A DNA stretch of 64,000 nucleotides from Candidatus Nanopelagicales bacterium. Its GTDB lineage: Bacteria; Actinomycetota; Actinomycetes; S36-B12; UBA5976. The notes beneath the pieces were generated by a model. It made no database searches, was not told the origin of the DNA, and saw only the letters and a list, made by a program, of their open reading frames with translations. Location of the stretch: positions 3,464 through 67,463 of the forward strand of contig JBMTAF010000001.1 of the NCBI GenBank assembly GCA_049428425.1, in the 5' to 3' direction. The translations under genes and the position numbers were made by a program. This document shows, piece after piece, positions 37,428 to 47,985 of this stretch (the stretch's first letter is position 1; each line of letters opens with the position of its first letter).

Positions 37428-38888
37428 ATGAACGCTCCCACGTTGGCCGACATCTTTAAGCACTACCAAGTGGACTCAATCTCGCTAGTTGAAGTAGAAC
37501 ACGTCTATCACAACTCCGAAGATGTGACGTCAAATAGCATTTTCTTTGCGCTGCCTGGAGCGAATCAACATGGCGCAAATTTTGCCAAGAGTGCGATTGC
37601 GAACGGTGCAATTGCAATATTTACAGATGCCGCGGGAGCAAAACTAATAGATGGCGATATACCGGTTGTAGTTGTGATGGATCCGCGATTTGAAATGTCT
37701 CAGGTAACAAAATTTGTGTATGGGCACCAGATTGCTGATATGCATCTGTGGGGGATAACTGGAACTAATGGCAAGACAACTACTAGTTACATGTTGCGCG
37801 CACTGTTACCACAACCAGCTGCTGCAATTGGCACAACTGGAGTGGTGTATCCAGATCATCGCGAGACACTTGCTCGTACCACGCCAGAAATTGACGACTT
37901 GTATCGATTGCTAATCAAACTACGAAAAGATGGAATTAAGAAAGTAGTGCTAGAGGTATCTAGTCATGCTTTAGTCCTACATCGAGTAGCTGGATTAGAG
38001 TTCCAAGCGGTTGGTTTTACTAATTTAAGCCAAGATCATCTAGATTTTCATAAGTCTATGGATGAATATCTTCGCGCCAAGGCTCAATTATTTGATGGGA
38101 ATTACAGTAAGTATGCCGTTGTTTGCGTGGATTCGCTTTCTGGCAAATCCATTGCAGATCTTGCCGAAGCAAATGGCATGGTGGTATCAACGGTCAGCAC
38201 TAATGATTTAAGTGGAACCTGGTCAGTAACTGAAAAGATGGTCGGTATAACTAGCCTTAATTCGATCATCAATCCAATTGGGTTGAAATTGAGCCTAAAT
38301 TTTGGTGGGGAATTTAATTTTGCAAACGCTTTAGTTGCCGTTGCAATGGCCGATCAAGTGAGTGAAATATCGCAAAATCAGATAAATGCGCTCGCGAATT
38401 TGACCATCCCCGGACGAATGCAGGTTATCGCAGAAAACGGGGTTCAAGCCATTGTTGATTACGCCCACTCGCCGGCGGCAATTGAATCAGTGATTCAAAC
38501 GTTGCGCCAAAGCGTTTCTGGAAAGTTGATCGTGGTTATTGGTGCAGGTGGAGACCGAGATAAGTCAAAGCGGGCCGCGATGGGGAGTGCAACGGTTGGC
38601 GCAGACTTAGTCATTGTTACTGACGATAATCCACGCAGTGAAGACCCAGCAGTAATTAGGCAGCAGGTAATTCAAGGGATTGAATCAGAGGGAGTCACTT
38701 GTCAAGAGATTGGCGATAGAAGAGAAGCAATCGCGGCAGCAGTAGGACTAGTTTCATCGAGTAATGATTTAGTCGCAGTGCTAGGCAAAGGCCACGAACA
38801 AGGGCAGCAGATTGGTGAAAAAATTTATGACTTTGACGATTACACGGAACTAAAGTTTGCGATCATGAATCGAGGCAGCCATGGCTGA
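37428..38888 (+). CDS. murE: UDP-MurNAc-L-Ala-D-Glu--2,6-diaminopimelate ligase
   Basis: GITGTNGKTTT P-loop, DDNPRSEDP motif, and dcw position. Confidence 0.9.
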   Translation: MNAPTLADIFKHYQVDSISLVEVEHVYHNSEDVTSNSIFFALPGANQHGANFAKSAIANGAIAIFTDAAGAKLIDGDIPVVVVMDPRFEMSQVTKFVYGHQIADMHLWGITGTNGKTTTSYMLRALLPQPAAAIGTTGVVYPDHRETLARTTPEIDDLYRLLIKLRKDGIKKVVLEVSSHALVLHRVAGLEFQAVGFTNLSQDHLDFHKSMDEYLRAKAQLFDGNYSKYAVVCVDSLSGKSIADLAEANGMVVSTVSTNDLSGTWSVTEKMVGITSLNSIINPIGLKLSLNFGGEFNFANALVAVAMADQVSEISQNQINALANLTIPGRMQVIAENGVQAIVDYAHSPAAIESVIQTLRQSVSGKLIVVIGAGGDRDKSKRAAMGSATVGADLVIVTDDNPRSEDPAVIRQQVIQGIESEGVTCQEIGDRREAIAAAVGLVSSSNDLVAVLGKGHEQGQQIGEKIYDFDDYTELKFAIMNRGSHG

Positions 38889-40254
38889 ACTTACTTTAGC
38901 TGAGATTATTGCGATTACCAATGGTGTACCAAATCAATTATCTGATCTGGAAATTAAGCCAGTTGGGATTAGTTATGACTCTAGGGATACAAAACAGGGC
39001 GATTTATTTGCTGCGTTTGTTGGACAGAATTCAGATGGCCATGATTTTGTAAATGCAGCAATAGCTTCGGGTGCAGTTGCAGCATTAGTTTCAAAGCCAA
39101 TCGCAAGTCCAAGCATTTTGGTGGATGATGTTTTGTTAGCGATTACTAAGTTGGCAGCGGCAAATCGGGCCAAATTAGATGTTCCAGTTTTGGCACTAAC
39201 TGGATCTGCTGGGAAAACCACCACCAAGGATCTATTGATTGACTTATTGCAACCGCTAGGCAAAGTAATTGCGACAACGGGTTCGCGCAATAATGAATTG
39301 GGGTTACCCGTAACCCTGTTTGCTGCTGACAAACATACAGCCGCCGTTGTGCTTGAAATGGGAGCACGTCATCGCGGCAACATTAGAGAGTTATGCGAAA
39401 TTGCAAAGCCAACAATTGTCGGTATCACCAATATTGGTTCAGCTCACCTTGGTGAATTTGGTTCTAGAGAGATGATTATGCATACTAAAGGTGAGATAGT
39501 TGAGTTACTGCCACCAAGTGGAATAGCTGTTTTAAACGCGGATCAGCCGGAATCGATGCAGATTGCACGCAAAACGAAAGCCAGGGTTCAGTACGCTGGA
39601 TTTGCTGATTCAGCTGATCTGAGAATTGAAAATCTCAAACTAGATTCAACTGCCCGATGTTCGTTTGATTTGGTTACCCCGCTTGGTGAAGTCAGAATTA
39701 AGTTGAAGCTGGTTGGTGAACACCAAGCCCACAACGCCGCTATCGCAGCTGGAATGGCTTTAGCGGCTGGACTTTCCCTCGAGCAGGCTAAACACGGCCT
39801 TGAAGCTGCCGTCGCAAGGAGCCAGATGCGACTTTCCGTAGAAAAGATTTCGAACTTTATTGTTATTGATGATTCCTACAACGCAAATCCCGAGAGCGTA
39901 ACGGCGGCCCTAACTACGCTGAATCAGATGGAATGCTCGGGAAAGCGAATCGCCGTGCTTGGGGAGATGGCTGAATTGGGGGAGCAAAGTATTGAATTGC
40001 ACCAGGAGATCGGAAGCTCAGCAGCCAATTTAGACCTGCTAATTGGAGTTGGTGATTTTGGCAAGCTGATTATTTCTGGGGCAATTCAAGGCGGCATGGC
40101 GCCCGAGGTTGTTTGTTTGGTCGAAACGAAAGAATTAGCGATATCTAAGCTCAAGCAAGAATTACAATCCGGTGACGTTGTGCTGATAAAGGCCTCGCGA
40201 TCAGCTGGTTTTGACGAGATAGCAGGCGGCTTGCGAAATTGGGCGAAAGGGTGA
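38881..40254 (+). CDS. murF: UDP-MurNAc-tripeptide--D-Ala-D-Ala ligase
   Basis: LTGSAGKTTTK P-loop, DDSYNANP motif, and an 8-bp overlap with murE. Confidence 0.9.
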   Translation: MAELTLAEIIAITNGVPNQLSDLEIKPVGISYDSRDTKQGDLFAAFVGQNSDGHDFVNAAIASGAVAALVSKPIASPSILVDDVLLAITKLAAANRAKLDVPVLALTGSAGKTTTKDLLIDLLQPLGKVIATTGSRNNELGLPVTLFAADKHTAAVVLEMGARHRGNIRELCEIAKPTIVGITNIGSAHLGEFGSREMIMHTKGEIVELLPPSGIAVLNADQPESMQIARKTKARVQYAGFADSADLRIENLKLDSTARCSFDLVTPLGEVRIKLKLVGEHQAHNAAIAAGMALAAGLSLEQAKHGLEAAVARSQMRLSVEKISNFIVIDDSYNANPESVTAALTTLNQMECSGKRIAVLGEMAELGEQSIELHQEIGSSAANLDLLIGVGDFGKLIISGAIQGGMAPEVVCLVETKELAISKLKQELQSGDVVLIKASRSAGFDEIAGGLRNWAKG

Positions 40255-40264
40255 GGTAACCAAA

Positions 40265-41332
40265 TTGCGCTTAATCGTCTTCGCGGCAGTGCTCTCTTTA
40301 GTTACCAGTTTGCTTACCACAACTGTGCTAATTAAGTTTCTTCGCAATCGTGGTTTAGCGCAAGCAATTAAGCAATCAGGTGATGGCGCGATTTATCCAG
40401 ATCATGAGCATAAGCGCGGTACGCCAAGCATGGGTGGAATAGCCATAGTGTTTTCCGTGTTAGTTGGTTACAGCGGTTCGCATTTGGTTTTCTGGACTCC
40501 GCCTTCAGCTTCTGGATTATTAGTGCTTGGTTTAACTTTGGCGCTAGCATCGATTGGATTTGTTGACGACTATAAGAAAGTTTTCTTACAGCACAGTGCT
40601 GGAATTAAACCTCGCACAAAATTGATTTTTCAAACTCTGATCGGTTTTGCCTTTGCATTTACCGCACTTCAGTTTGCTGATGAACGCGGAATTACACCAG
40701 CATCACTGGCAATATCAATTGTTCGAGAAACCAGCATTGTTCTGCCTGCGGTGCTTATGATGTTATTTATCTGGCTAATGATTACGGCCACCACAAACGC
40801 CGTGAACATAACTGATGGTCTTGATGGTTTGGCATCTGGTGCCGCGTTTGTCACTTTTGCGGCTTACGCATTAATTGGGTTTTGGCAATTTGGTCAAAGT
40901 TGCGCAAGAGATGATTACATTAAATGCTATGAAGTAAGGGATCCACTTGACCTTGCGATTGTCGCGGCGGCTTTTGCGGCGGCTGTTTTTGGATTTTTAT
41001 GGTTTAACACTTCGCCAGCCATAATAATTATGGGTGACACTGGATCATTTGCCATTGGTGGTGCAATTGTTTCGTTGGCAATCTTTACCAATACCCAATT
41101 GCTTCTGATTTTTCTTGGCGGATTATTCGTCATGACAACTGGTTCGGTTGTCCTGCAACGAATCTCATTTAAGGTTCGGAGGAAGCGAATTTTCTTGATG
41201 TCACCAATCCATCATCATTTTGAATTAAAGGGATGGCCAGAACAGCAAATTGTGGTTAGGTTTTGGATTTTGCAAGGTCTATTTGTTGGCACTGCGATGG
41301 CACTTTTTTATGCAGAGTGGGTTGCTCGGTGA
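40265..41332 (+). CDS. mraY: Phospho-MurNAc-pentapeptide transferase
   Basis: 10-TM protein with VDDYKK, NAVNITDGLDGLA and PIHHHFE motifs. Confidence 0.95.
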   Translation: MRLIVFAAVLSLVTSLLTTTVLIKFLRNRGLAQAIKQSGDGAIYPDHEHKRGTPSMGGIAIVFSVLVGYSGSHLVFWTPPSASGLLVLGLTLALASIGFVDDYKKVFLQHSAGIKPRTKLIFQTLIGFAFAFTALQFADERGITPASLAISIVRETSIVLPAVLMMLFIWLMITATTNAVNITDGLDGLASGAAFVTFAAYALIGFWQFGQSCARDDYIKCYEVRDPLDLAIVAAAFAAAVFGFLWFNTSPAIIIMGDTGSFAIGGAIVSLAIFTNTQLLLIFLGGLFVMTTGSVVLQRISFKVRRKRIFLMSPIHHHFELKGWPEQQIVVRFWILQGLFVGTAMALFYAEWVAR

Positions 41333-42750
41333 GAGATTTATCGGCTATTTCTCGCAACCAAAGTCTTGCCGGTTGGAACATAGTTGTATTAGGAATTGGG
41401 GTAGCCGGCTTTGCCTGCGCTGATGCTTTACTGCGCTATGGCGCTTCGGTCACAGTTATTGATGAAGGTGATTCGGCAGATGCGAAAAAGCGAGCCCAAA
41501 TTCTGGAAACTCTTGGCGCTAGAGTTGAGTTAGCAGCAACCAATCTGCCACCGGCAGATTTAGTTATTACTTCGCCTGGGTTGCCACCAGATCACTCCTG
41601 GCTAATTCACTATCAATCGACCCAAACCCCTATTTGGGGTGAGCTGGAGCTAGCGTGGCGATTGCGTGATCCAAACGTGCCATGGTTACTCATCTCTGGC
41701 ACTAATGGTAAAACCACCACAACACTAATGACTAATGCCATTTTGACTGCAGCTGGATTGAAATCAAAAGCAATTGGGAATATCGGACATGCCGCAATTG
41801 ATGCGGTTACCGATGGCGAGACCTATGACGTTTTTGTGGTTGAAGTTGGAGTTCAGCAGTTGCCCTTTGTCTTTACCATCTCACCGCTTGCCGCGGTGGT
41901 TTTGAATCTTGCGCCAGATCATCTTGATCATTTTGGCACCATGGAGCACTATCGAAATATGAAGGCAAAGACTTATAACAATACGGTTATCGCTGCAATT
42001 TATAACGATGAAGATCCAATCACCATGAAGATGGTTGAGGATGCTGAAGTAGTTGAAGGCTGTCGCGCCATTGGCTTTACTCGAAATATTCCAGCGCGGT
42101 CAATGGTTGGGGTAGTTGAAGACTTGATAGTTGATCGAGCCTTTGTTGCCGAGCGCGCTACTTCTGCCCAAGAGTTAGCTTCAGTTTTAGACGTGAGGCC
42201 GTTTGCGCCTCATAACGTAAGTAATGCGCTTGCTGCAATTGCTTTAGCTAGAGCCTATGGCGTGCCAGCTAGTGCGGTCAGCGCTGGCTTGCGAAGCTTT
42301 GAACCAGCAGCACATCGAATTGAATTGGTTGCCGAGATTGATTCTGTCCGATATATCGATGATTCAAAAGCCACTAACGCGCACGCTGCAATACAATCTA
42401 TTTTGGCTTATGAGAATGTGGTCTGGATTGGTGGCGGTGACGCTAAAGGTCAGAATTTGCTGGAGTTAGTTAAATCAACCGCAGGTAACATGAGAGCTGC
42501 AGTGCTGTTGGGTCAAGATCGTGCTGAATTGTTCCAACAGCTGCGTGATACCGCACCAGATTTACCAATAACAGTTATCGATGAAACGAACCCGGACATA
42601 GCGATGGAGCAGGTGGTGTCAGCTGCCGCTACGTATGCACAAGCTGGTGATACTGTGCTGTTGGCACCAGGATGTGCCTCTTGGGATATGTTTAAAAACT
42701 ATTCCCATCGCGGTGAGCTGTTTGCAAAACATGTCAAGCTGCTTGGTTAA
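41329..42750 (+). CDS. murD: UDP-MurNAc-L-Ala--D-Glu ligase
   Basis: GIGVAGFA Rossmann motif and SGTNGKTTT P-loop. In-frame GTG at 41329 forms a GTGA overlap with the mraY stop; the ORF track starts at 41263. Confidence 0.9.
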   Translation: MRDLSAISRNQSLAGWNIVVLGIGVAGFACADALLRYGASVTVIDEGDSADAKKRAQILETLGARVELAATNLPPADLVITSPGLPPDHSWLIHYQSTQTPIWGELELAWRLRDPNVPWLLISGTNGKTTTTLMTNAILTAAGLKSKAIGNIGHAAIDAVTDGETYDVFVVEVGVQQLPFVFTISPLAAVVLNLAPDHLDHFGTMEHYRNMKAKTYNNTVIAAIYNDEDPITMKMVEDAEVVEGCRAIGFTRNIPARSMVGVVEDLIVDRAFVAERATSAQELASVLDVRPFAPHNVSNALAAIALARAYGVPASAVSAGLRSFEPAAHRIELVAEIDSVRYIDDSKATNAHAAIQSILAYENVVWIGGGDAKGQNLLELVKSTAGNMRAAVLLGQDRAELFQQLRDTAPDLPITVIDETNPDIAMEQVVSAAATYAQAGDTVLLAPGCASWDMFKNYSHRGELFAKHVKLLG

Positions 42751-44249
42751 TTCCAGTTTGGAACTGAGATGTATTTGGTTTCAAGGAATTCCTCAATGCC
42801 TTCAAAGCCACCTTCCCGTCCCAAACCAGATTGCTTAACACCACCGAATGGTGCAGCTGGATCGCTTACTAAGCCGCGATTAATTCCGACCATTCCAGTC
42901 TCGATCTGTTCGGCCATCTTCAAGCCACGGGCTAAGTTTTCAGTGAAAACGTATCCGACTAGGCCAAACTCAGTGTCATTGGCGAATGCGATTGCTTCTT
43001 TGTCGGATTCGATTCGGGTAATTGCTGCCACCGGACCAAAAATTTCCTCGCCCAACAGCGGGGAATCCTTGGGCACATCACCTAAAACGGTTGCTGCGTA
43101 AAAGGCACCTGGTCCATTTGTGCCAATGCCTCCAAGTGCGGCTTTGCTCCCTCGCTTGACCGCATCAATTACCAACTGCGCAACGCGATCATGAGCTTTT
43201 CTTGAAACTAGCGGAGCTAAAGTTGTATTTGGATCAGTGCCATGACCTGGTTGTAGTTTGGCCATTTCAGCACTTAAACGTGAGACAAACTCATCATGAA
43301 CTTTTGAATGGACAATAAATCTATTTGCTGCAGTGCATGCTTGGCCACAATTTCGCATTTTTGCAATCATCGCACCTTCAATGGCTTTATCTAGGTCAGC
43401 ATCTTCCATCACAATGAAAGGCCCATTTCCACCTAACTCCATTGACGAGCGCAAAATGCGACCAGCTGCTTTTTCGAGCAGCATTCGACCTATCGGCGTA
43501 GAACCGGTAAACGATAGTTTTCTTACTTCTGGATGTGAGAAAGCAGCATCAGTAATCTCGTTTGGGTTCTTGGTCGTTAATACGGTTAGCACACCAGGTT
43601 CAACGCCAGCATCCAAAAATACTTGCGCAATTGCAAATGCGGTAAGCGGTGTTTCAGTTGCTGGCTTCACCACAACTGCATTTCCAGCAGCCAATGCCGG
43701 ACCAATCTTTCTAGTCATCATGGCAGCGGGGAAGTTCCATGGCGTGATTAGGTAAGCAATACCAATTGGTTGCTTTACCGTAAGAATTCGGTGCACACCT
43801 GAAGGTGCAGTTCGAAGCTCGCCACCAATTCGGACAGTTTCTTCGGAGAACCAACGAAGAAACTCTGCTGCGTAAACTACTTCATTTCTTGCTTCAACTA
43901 ACGTTTTGCCACTTTCTAGTGTCATCAATAGTGCGATGTCATCAGCTCGCTCAACCATAAGATCAAACGAACGACGAAGAATTTCGGCACGTTCTCTTGG
44001 CGAAACTTTTGCCCATTTCTGCTGTGCCAGATGCATTTCATCCAATACTGCAAGTAGATCAGCTCCTGTGGCATTACCAACTGTCAGAAGTACTTCACCA
44101 TTGGCTGGGTCGGTTACTGGAATTGGTTCACCGCTGGTTGCCGACCAACGGCCAGCTAGCAGGGATTGGTGTGGAACGGTCTTTAGAACGGCTTGAGCAC
44201 GGGCCTGATCGGATACCGGGGCTGCCACTGGAAGATTTGAAGTAGTCAT
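42747..44249 (-). CDS. gabD: NAD(P)-dependent succinate-semialdehyde dehydrogenase / aldehyde dehydrogenase family
   Basis: ELGGNGP (catalytic Glu) and NCGQACTAANR (catalytic Cys) motifs, 500 aa. Antisense to the surrounding dcw genes. Confidence 0.85.
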   Translation of the reverse strand: MTTSNLPVAAPVSDQARAQAVLKTVPHQSLLAGRWSATSGEPIPVTDPANGEVLLTVGNATGADLLAVLDEMHLAQQKWAKVSPRERAEILRRSFDLMVERADDIALLMTLESGKTLVEARNEVVYAAEFLRWFSEETVRIGGELRTAPSGVHRILTVKQPIGIAYLITPWNFPAAMMTRKIGPALAAGNAVVVKPATETPLTAFAIAQVFLDAGVEPGVLTVLTTKNPNEITDAAFSHPEVRKLSFTGSTPIGRMLLEKAAGRILRSSMELGGNGPFIVMEDADLDKAIEGAMIAKMRNCGQACTAANRFIVHSKVHDEFVSRLSAEMAKLQPGHGTDPNTTLAPLVSRKAHDRVAQLVIDAVKRGSKAALGGIGTNGPGAFYAATVLGDVPKDSPLLGEEIFGPVAAITRIESDKEAIAFANDTEFGLVGYVFTENLARGLKMAEQIETGMVGINRGLVSDPAAPFGGVKQSGLGREGGFEGIEEFLETKYISVPNWN

Positions 44250-44330
44250 GGGCGCATCTTCTCACGAAGACCCAGCGACACGCAGCCGAGATTGCCCAGA
44301 CCAACGGCAACTGCAGTAGAGACTTACCCC

Positions 44331-45509
44331 ATGGAAAAGCACGCTTCCCCCGTGCCGGCCCGGTCGATGAGTCGACGGGTGCCTGCTCAGGCCTCATTTC
44401 AGTTGATTCGTGGCAGCGCGATCCTGCTGTTATTTATTGGATTAATCATGGTGCTTAGTTCCTCATACTACGAATCGAAATTGGTCTACGGCAGCGAGTT
44501 CACCATATTTTTCCGGCAGTCTTTGTACGCCTTGCTGGGCGCAATTGCTTTAGTGATTCTCGCAAAAATTGACCTTGATGTGTTTCGTCGATTAATCCCG
44601 CTAATTTTGCTCGGAGTTGTTGGTCTATTACTCCTAGTGTTTATTCCCGGCTTGGGTTCAACAGTTGGCGGTCAAACTAACTGGTTAGATTTTGGTTTCG
44701 GAATTCGACTCCAACCTAGTGAATTCGCGAAATTCGCACTTATAGTTTTTGGTGCACATCAACTTTCAACTCGGCATCACTTTCTGAATTCAAAATCTAC
44801 CTATGTAGCACCGGTAATTTTTACTACTGGATTAGTAATGGCGCTGATAATGTTTGCAGGGGATCTTGGCAACGCTGTGGTTATCGGCTTAGCTGTTGGC
44901 TTAATGCTATTTGTTGCTAACGCACCACTGAGATATTTTGCTGGGGCAGCCGTGATTGGCACTGGCGTGATCGGAATCATGGCTTATCTGCGGCCATATC
45001 GAATGGATCGAATCACATCTTGGTTGAATCCAGAAGCTGATCCTGAAGGCGCTGGATTTCAGGCAATGCATGCCAAGTTTGCGCTGGCTTCTGGTGGTTT
45101 TTTTGGACAAGGACTTGGTGCAAGTCGCGAAAAGTGGGGAACATTGCCGGAAGCGCATACCGATTTCATTTTTGCCATCATTGGCGAAGAGCTGGGAATG
45201 TTAGGTGCAATTGCAATTTTGACTTTGTTCTTAATTCTTTGCGCTGGAATCATCACGCTAGGTCGAAACAGTAGTTCTGATTTTGTCAGATATGTTTGCG
45301 CTGGCGCAGTTGGCTGGATCGGTGGTCAAGCGATGATCAATATCGGTGCGGTGCTTGGCGTGCTACCAATTATGGGCGTTCCACTTCCGCTGGTTTCGAC
45401 GGGCGGTTCCGCGTTAATCCCAACTTTGGCAATGATCGGTTTGTTACTGACGTTTGCTCAGCGAGAGATAGCTGATGCTGCGTCTGAGGAAAGTGCTGAG
45501 AAGAATTAG
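44331..45509 (+). CDS. ftsW: SEDS-family cell division protein FtsW
   Basis: Multi-TM SEDS protein with a TDFIFAIIGEELG motif. Start uncertain (ATG 44331 or TTG 44292). Confidence 0.85.
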   Translation: MEKHASPVPARSMSRRVPAQASFQLIRGSAILLLFIGLIMVLSSSYYESKLVYGSEFTIFFRQSLYALLGAIALVILAKIDLDVFRRLIPLILLGVVGLLLLVFIPGLGSTVGGQTNWLDFGFGIRLQPSEFAKFALIVFGAHQLSTRHHFLNSKSTYVAPVIFTTGLVMALIMFAGDLGNAVVIGLAVGLMLFVANAPLRYFAGAAVIGTGVIGIMAYLRPYRMDRITSWLNPEADPEGAGFQAMHAKFALASGGFFGQGLGASREKWGTLPEAHTDFIFAIIGEELGMLGAIAILTLFLILCAGIITLGRNSSSDFVRYVCAGAVGWIGGQAMINIGAVLGVLPIMGVPLPLVSTGGSALIPTLAMIGLLLTFAQREIADAASEESAEKN

Positions 45510-45511
45510 AA

Positions 45512-46597
45512 ATGCGTGTGGTACTTGCTGGCGGCGGAACTGCAGGGCATGTTGAACCGGCGATTGCGATTGCAGCCGAACTTGAGGCCTCCGGACTTGC
45601 AACCCGCTCCGAGATTTACTTTGTCGGCGGTTTTCGTGGCTTAGAGGGAAAGTTAGTGCCAGCGCGCGGTTTTCAACTTCGGCAAATTAATATTGTTGGC
45701 TTACCAAGAAAACTGAGCCTGGCGCTAATCAAATATCCATTCATGCTATGGCGGGCAAGATCTCGTCTGGTCCAGTTCTTGAAAGAAATAAAACCTGACG
45801 TTGTTATTGGTTTTGGCGGGTATGTTTCTGCCCCCACCTATCTGGCAGCAAAAAAATTAGGAATTCCAATCGTTGTTCATGAAGCGAATGCTCGACCTGG
45901 AGTTGCAAATCGCCGAGCATCAAAATTTGCCGATTTGGTAATTGATAGCTTTGCCGGCAGCATTCCAGGGGCAAGAACCCTTGGTGTACCAGTTAGAGCC
46001 GAATTAGTTGCACTAAATCGTGAACAAACAAAGATGGTAGCTCGAACGCACTTTGGTTTTGCTGGCAGCAATCCACTCTTACTAGTTTTTGGCGGATCAC
46101 AAGGTGCGGAGCGGATTAATCAAGCAGTTTCCGAAATCGCACCCACTCTTACATTTGCTGGTGTGGATATTCTGCATATTGTTGGGGATCTGAATCTTGC
46201 GAAGTATCAGTCGTTGACGCATCAAAGCGCTGGCGAATACAAAATACTCGGTTACTGTAATCGAATGGATTTAGCTTATGCTGCAGCTGATTTAGCAGTA
46301 ACTAGATCTGGCGCATTAACGGTGGCTGAATTGGCAGTGGTTGGATTACCAGCAATTTTAGTGCCATATCCAGTAGGCAATGGCGAACAAGAATTTAATG
46401 CCGCTGAATTAGTGGCGGTTGGTGGCGGGAAACTATTGCTCAATGCCGATTGCACGCCCGCAAAATTGAAACTAATGATTACGCCATTAATTAAGTCTCC
46501 GCAGGATTTGCAGGAAATGTCTGCAAAGGCAAAATCCATTGCTCGCCCAAATGCCGCAAGAGAGATTGTGAACGCAGTTAAGTTGGTGGTGAAATGA
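45512..46597 (+). CDS. murG: UDP-GlcNAc:lipid I N-acetylglucosaminyltransferase
   Basis: GGTAGHVEPA N-terminal motif, C-terminal SGALTVAELA, and dcw position. Confidence 0.9.
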   Translation: MRVVLAGGGTAGHVEPAIAIAAELEASGLATRSEIYFVGGFRGLEGKLVPARGFQLRQINIVGLPRKLSLALIKYPFMLWRARSRLVQFLKEIKPDVVIGFGGYVSAPTYLAAKKLGIPIVVHEANARPGVANRRASKFADLVIDSFAGSIPGARTLGVPVRAELVALNREQTKMVARTHFGFAGSNPLLLVFGGSQGAERINQAVSEIAPTLTFAGVDILHIVGDLNLAKYQSLTHQSAGEYKILGYCNRMDLAYAAADLAVTRSGALTVAELAVVGLPAILVPYPVGNGEQEFNAAELVAVGGGKLLLNADCTPAKLKLMITPLIKSPQDLQEMSAKAKSIARPNAAREIVNAVKLVVK

Positions 46598-47985
46598 CGT
46601 CGCTACCTAAATCTGGAATACACATCATCGGAATTGGCGGTGCCGGCATGTCTGCGATTGCTCGGGTGCTGATTGGTCGTGGATATCAGGTTTCAGGCTC
46701 TGATGCGAAAGACTCAAAACGGTTATTGATGCTTAAACAATTGGGAATAAAAGTGTCGGTGGGACATCAAGCTGAGAACTTAACTGGGGTGAAGCTCGTT
46801 GTCGCTTCAACTGCAGTTCCGGCGACAAATATTGAGATTGCAACTGCAAAGGAATTGAACATTCCGGTAATTAGTCGAGCAGAAGCCCTGGCCTTGATTG
46901 TGGCGGACTCAAAAGTTATCGCAGTTGCCGGCACTCATGGCAAGACCACAACCACATCGATGACCACGGTAGCGCTGCAGTCCCTTGGTTTAGACCCATC
47001 TTTCATCATTGGCAGTGAACTTAATGAAACTGGTAGCAACGGACACCATGGTGAATCTGAGATATTTTTGGTTGAAGCAGATGAAAGTGATGGCACTTTC
47101 CTCTGGCTTAAGCCGCAAATCGGTGTCATCACGAACATTGAGGCGGATCATCTAGATCGTTGGGAATCGCTCAACGAGATTGCAAATGCCTTCTATGAAT
47201 TTGGCATGTCTTGTGAATTGGGTGTGGTTAGTTGTGCCGATGATAACGGTGCCGCAGAGATAGCCATGAGATTGCAACAAGCAGGAAAACAAGTTTTCAA
47301 CTATGGGTTTGCTGATTCCGCTGATCTACAGCTAAGAAATGCCACAGTGGATGATGGAAAATGGAAAGTTGACCTGTACCTACACCAAGAATACGTTGGC
47401 GCATTAAGTTTGCAAGTGCCCGGAAAGCACAACTTGCTCAATGCTGCGGCTGCCATTTCGGTTGGAATATTGTTGAATTTTGAACTTGGCGAATTAATTT
47501 CAGGTTTAGCTGAATTCAGCGGAACTCGCCGCCGATTCGAACATCGCGGAACTGCTAACGGCGTAAAAGTTTATGATGATTATGCTCATCATCCAACTGA
47601 AGTTATGGCTACTCTCAGCGCTGCTCGTGCCGTAGTTGGGTCTGGAAATGTTGTTGTAGTTTTCCAACCCTTTAGATATTACCGAGTCGCAGCATTTCTG
47701 CCTCAGTTCGCTGCAGCGTTAGGTTTGGCCGATCGGGTAGTAGTAATGGAAACCTACGCGCCAGGTGAATCAGCCATTCCAGGATCTGGCGGAGCAGCTG
47801 TTGCAGCTGCGATTGACCTTGCGCCAGAGAATGTGACGTTTGAGCCATCGTTCCTGAAAGTAGTTGATTTGATTGCTGCCTGGACGAAACCAGGAGACAT
47901 CGTACTTACGTTAGGCGCCGGTGACATGGCGATGTTGGCACCTGAAATTGTTGCCGGACTTAAGCAAGTTGAAGATGAGAAGTAA
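46594..47985 (+). CDS. murC: UDP-N-acetylmuramate--L-alanine ligase
   Basis: GIGGAGMSAIA and AGTHGKTTTT motifs, and DDYAHHPTE. Confidence 0.9.
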   Translation: MTSLPKSGIHIIGIGGAGMSAIARVLIGRGYQVSGSDAKDSKRLLMLKQLGIKVSVGHQAENLTGVKLVVASTAVPATNIEIATAKELNIPVISRAEALALIVADSKVIAVAGTHGKTTTTSMTTVALQSLGLDPSFIIGSELNETGSNGHHGESEIFLVEADESDGTFLWLKPQIGVITNIEADHLDRWESLNEIANAFYEFGMSCELGVVSCADDNGAAEIAMRLQQAGKQVFNYGFADSADLQLRNATVDDGKWKVDLYLHQEYVGALSLQVPGKHNLLNAAAAISVGILLNFELGELISGLAEFSGTRRRFEHRGTANGVKVYDDYAHHPTEVMATLSAARAVVGSGNVVVVFQPFRYYRVAAFLPQFAAALGLADRVVVMETYAPGESAIPGSGGAAVAAAIDLAPENVTFEPSFLKVVDLIAAWTKPGDIVLTLGAGDMAMLAPEIVAGLKQVEDEK

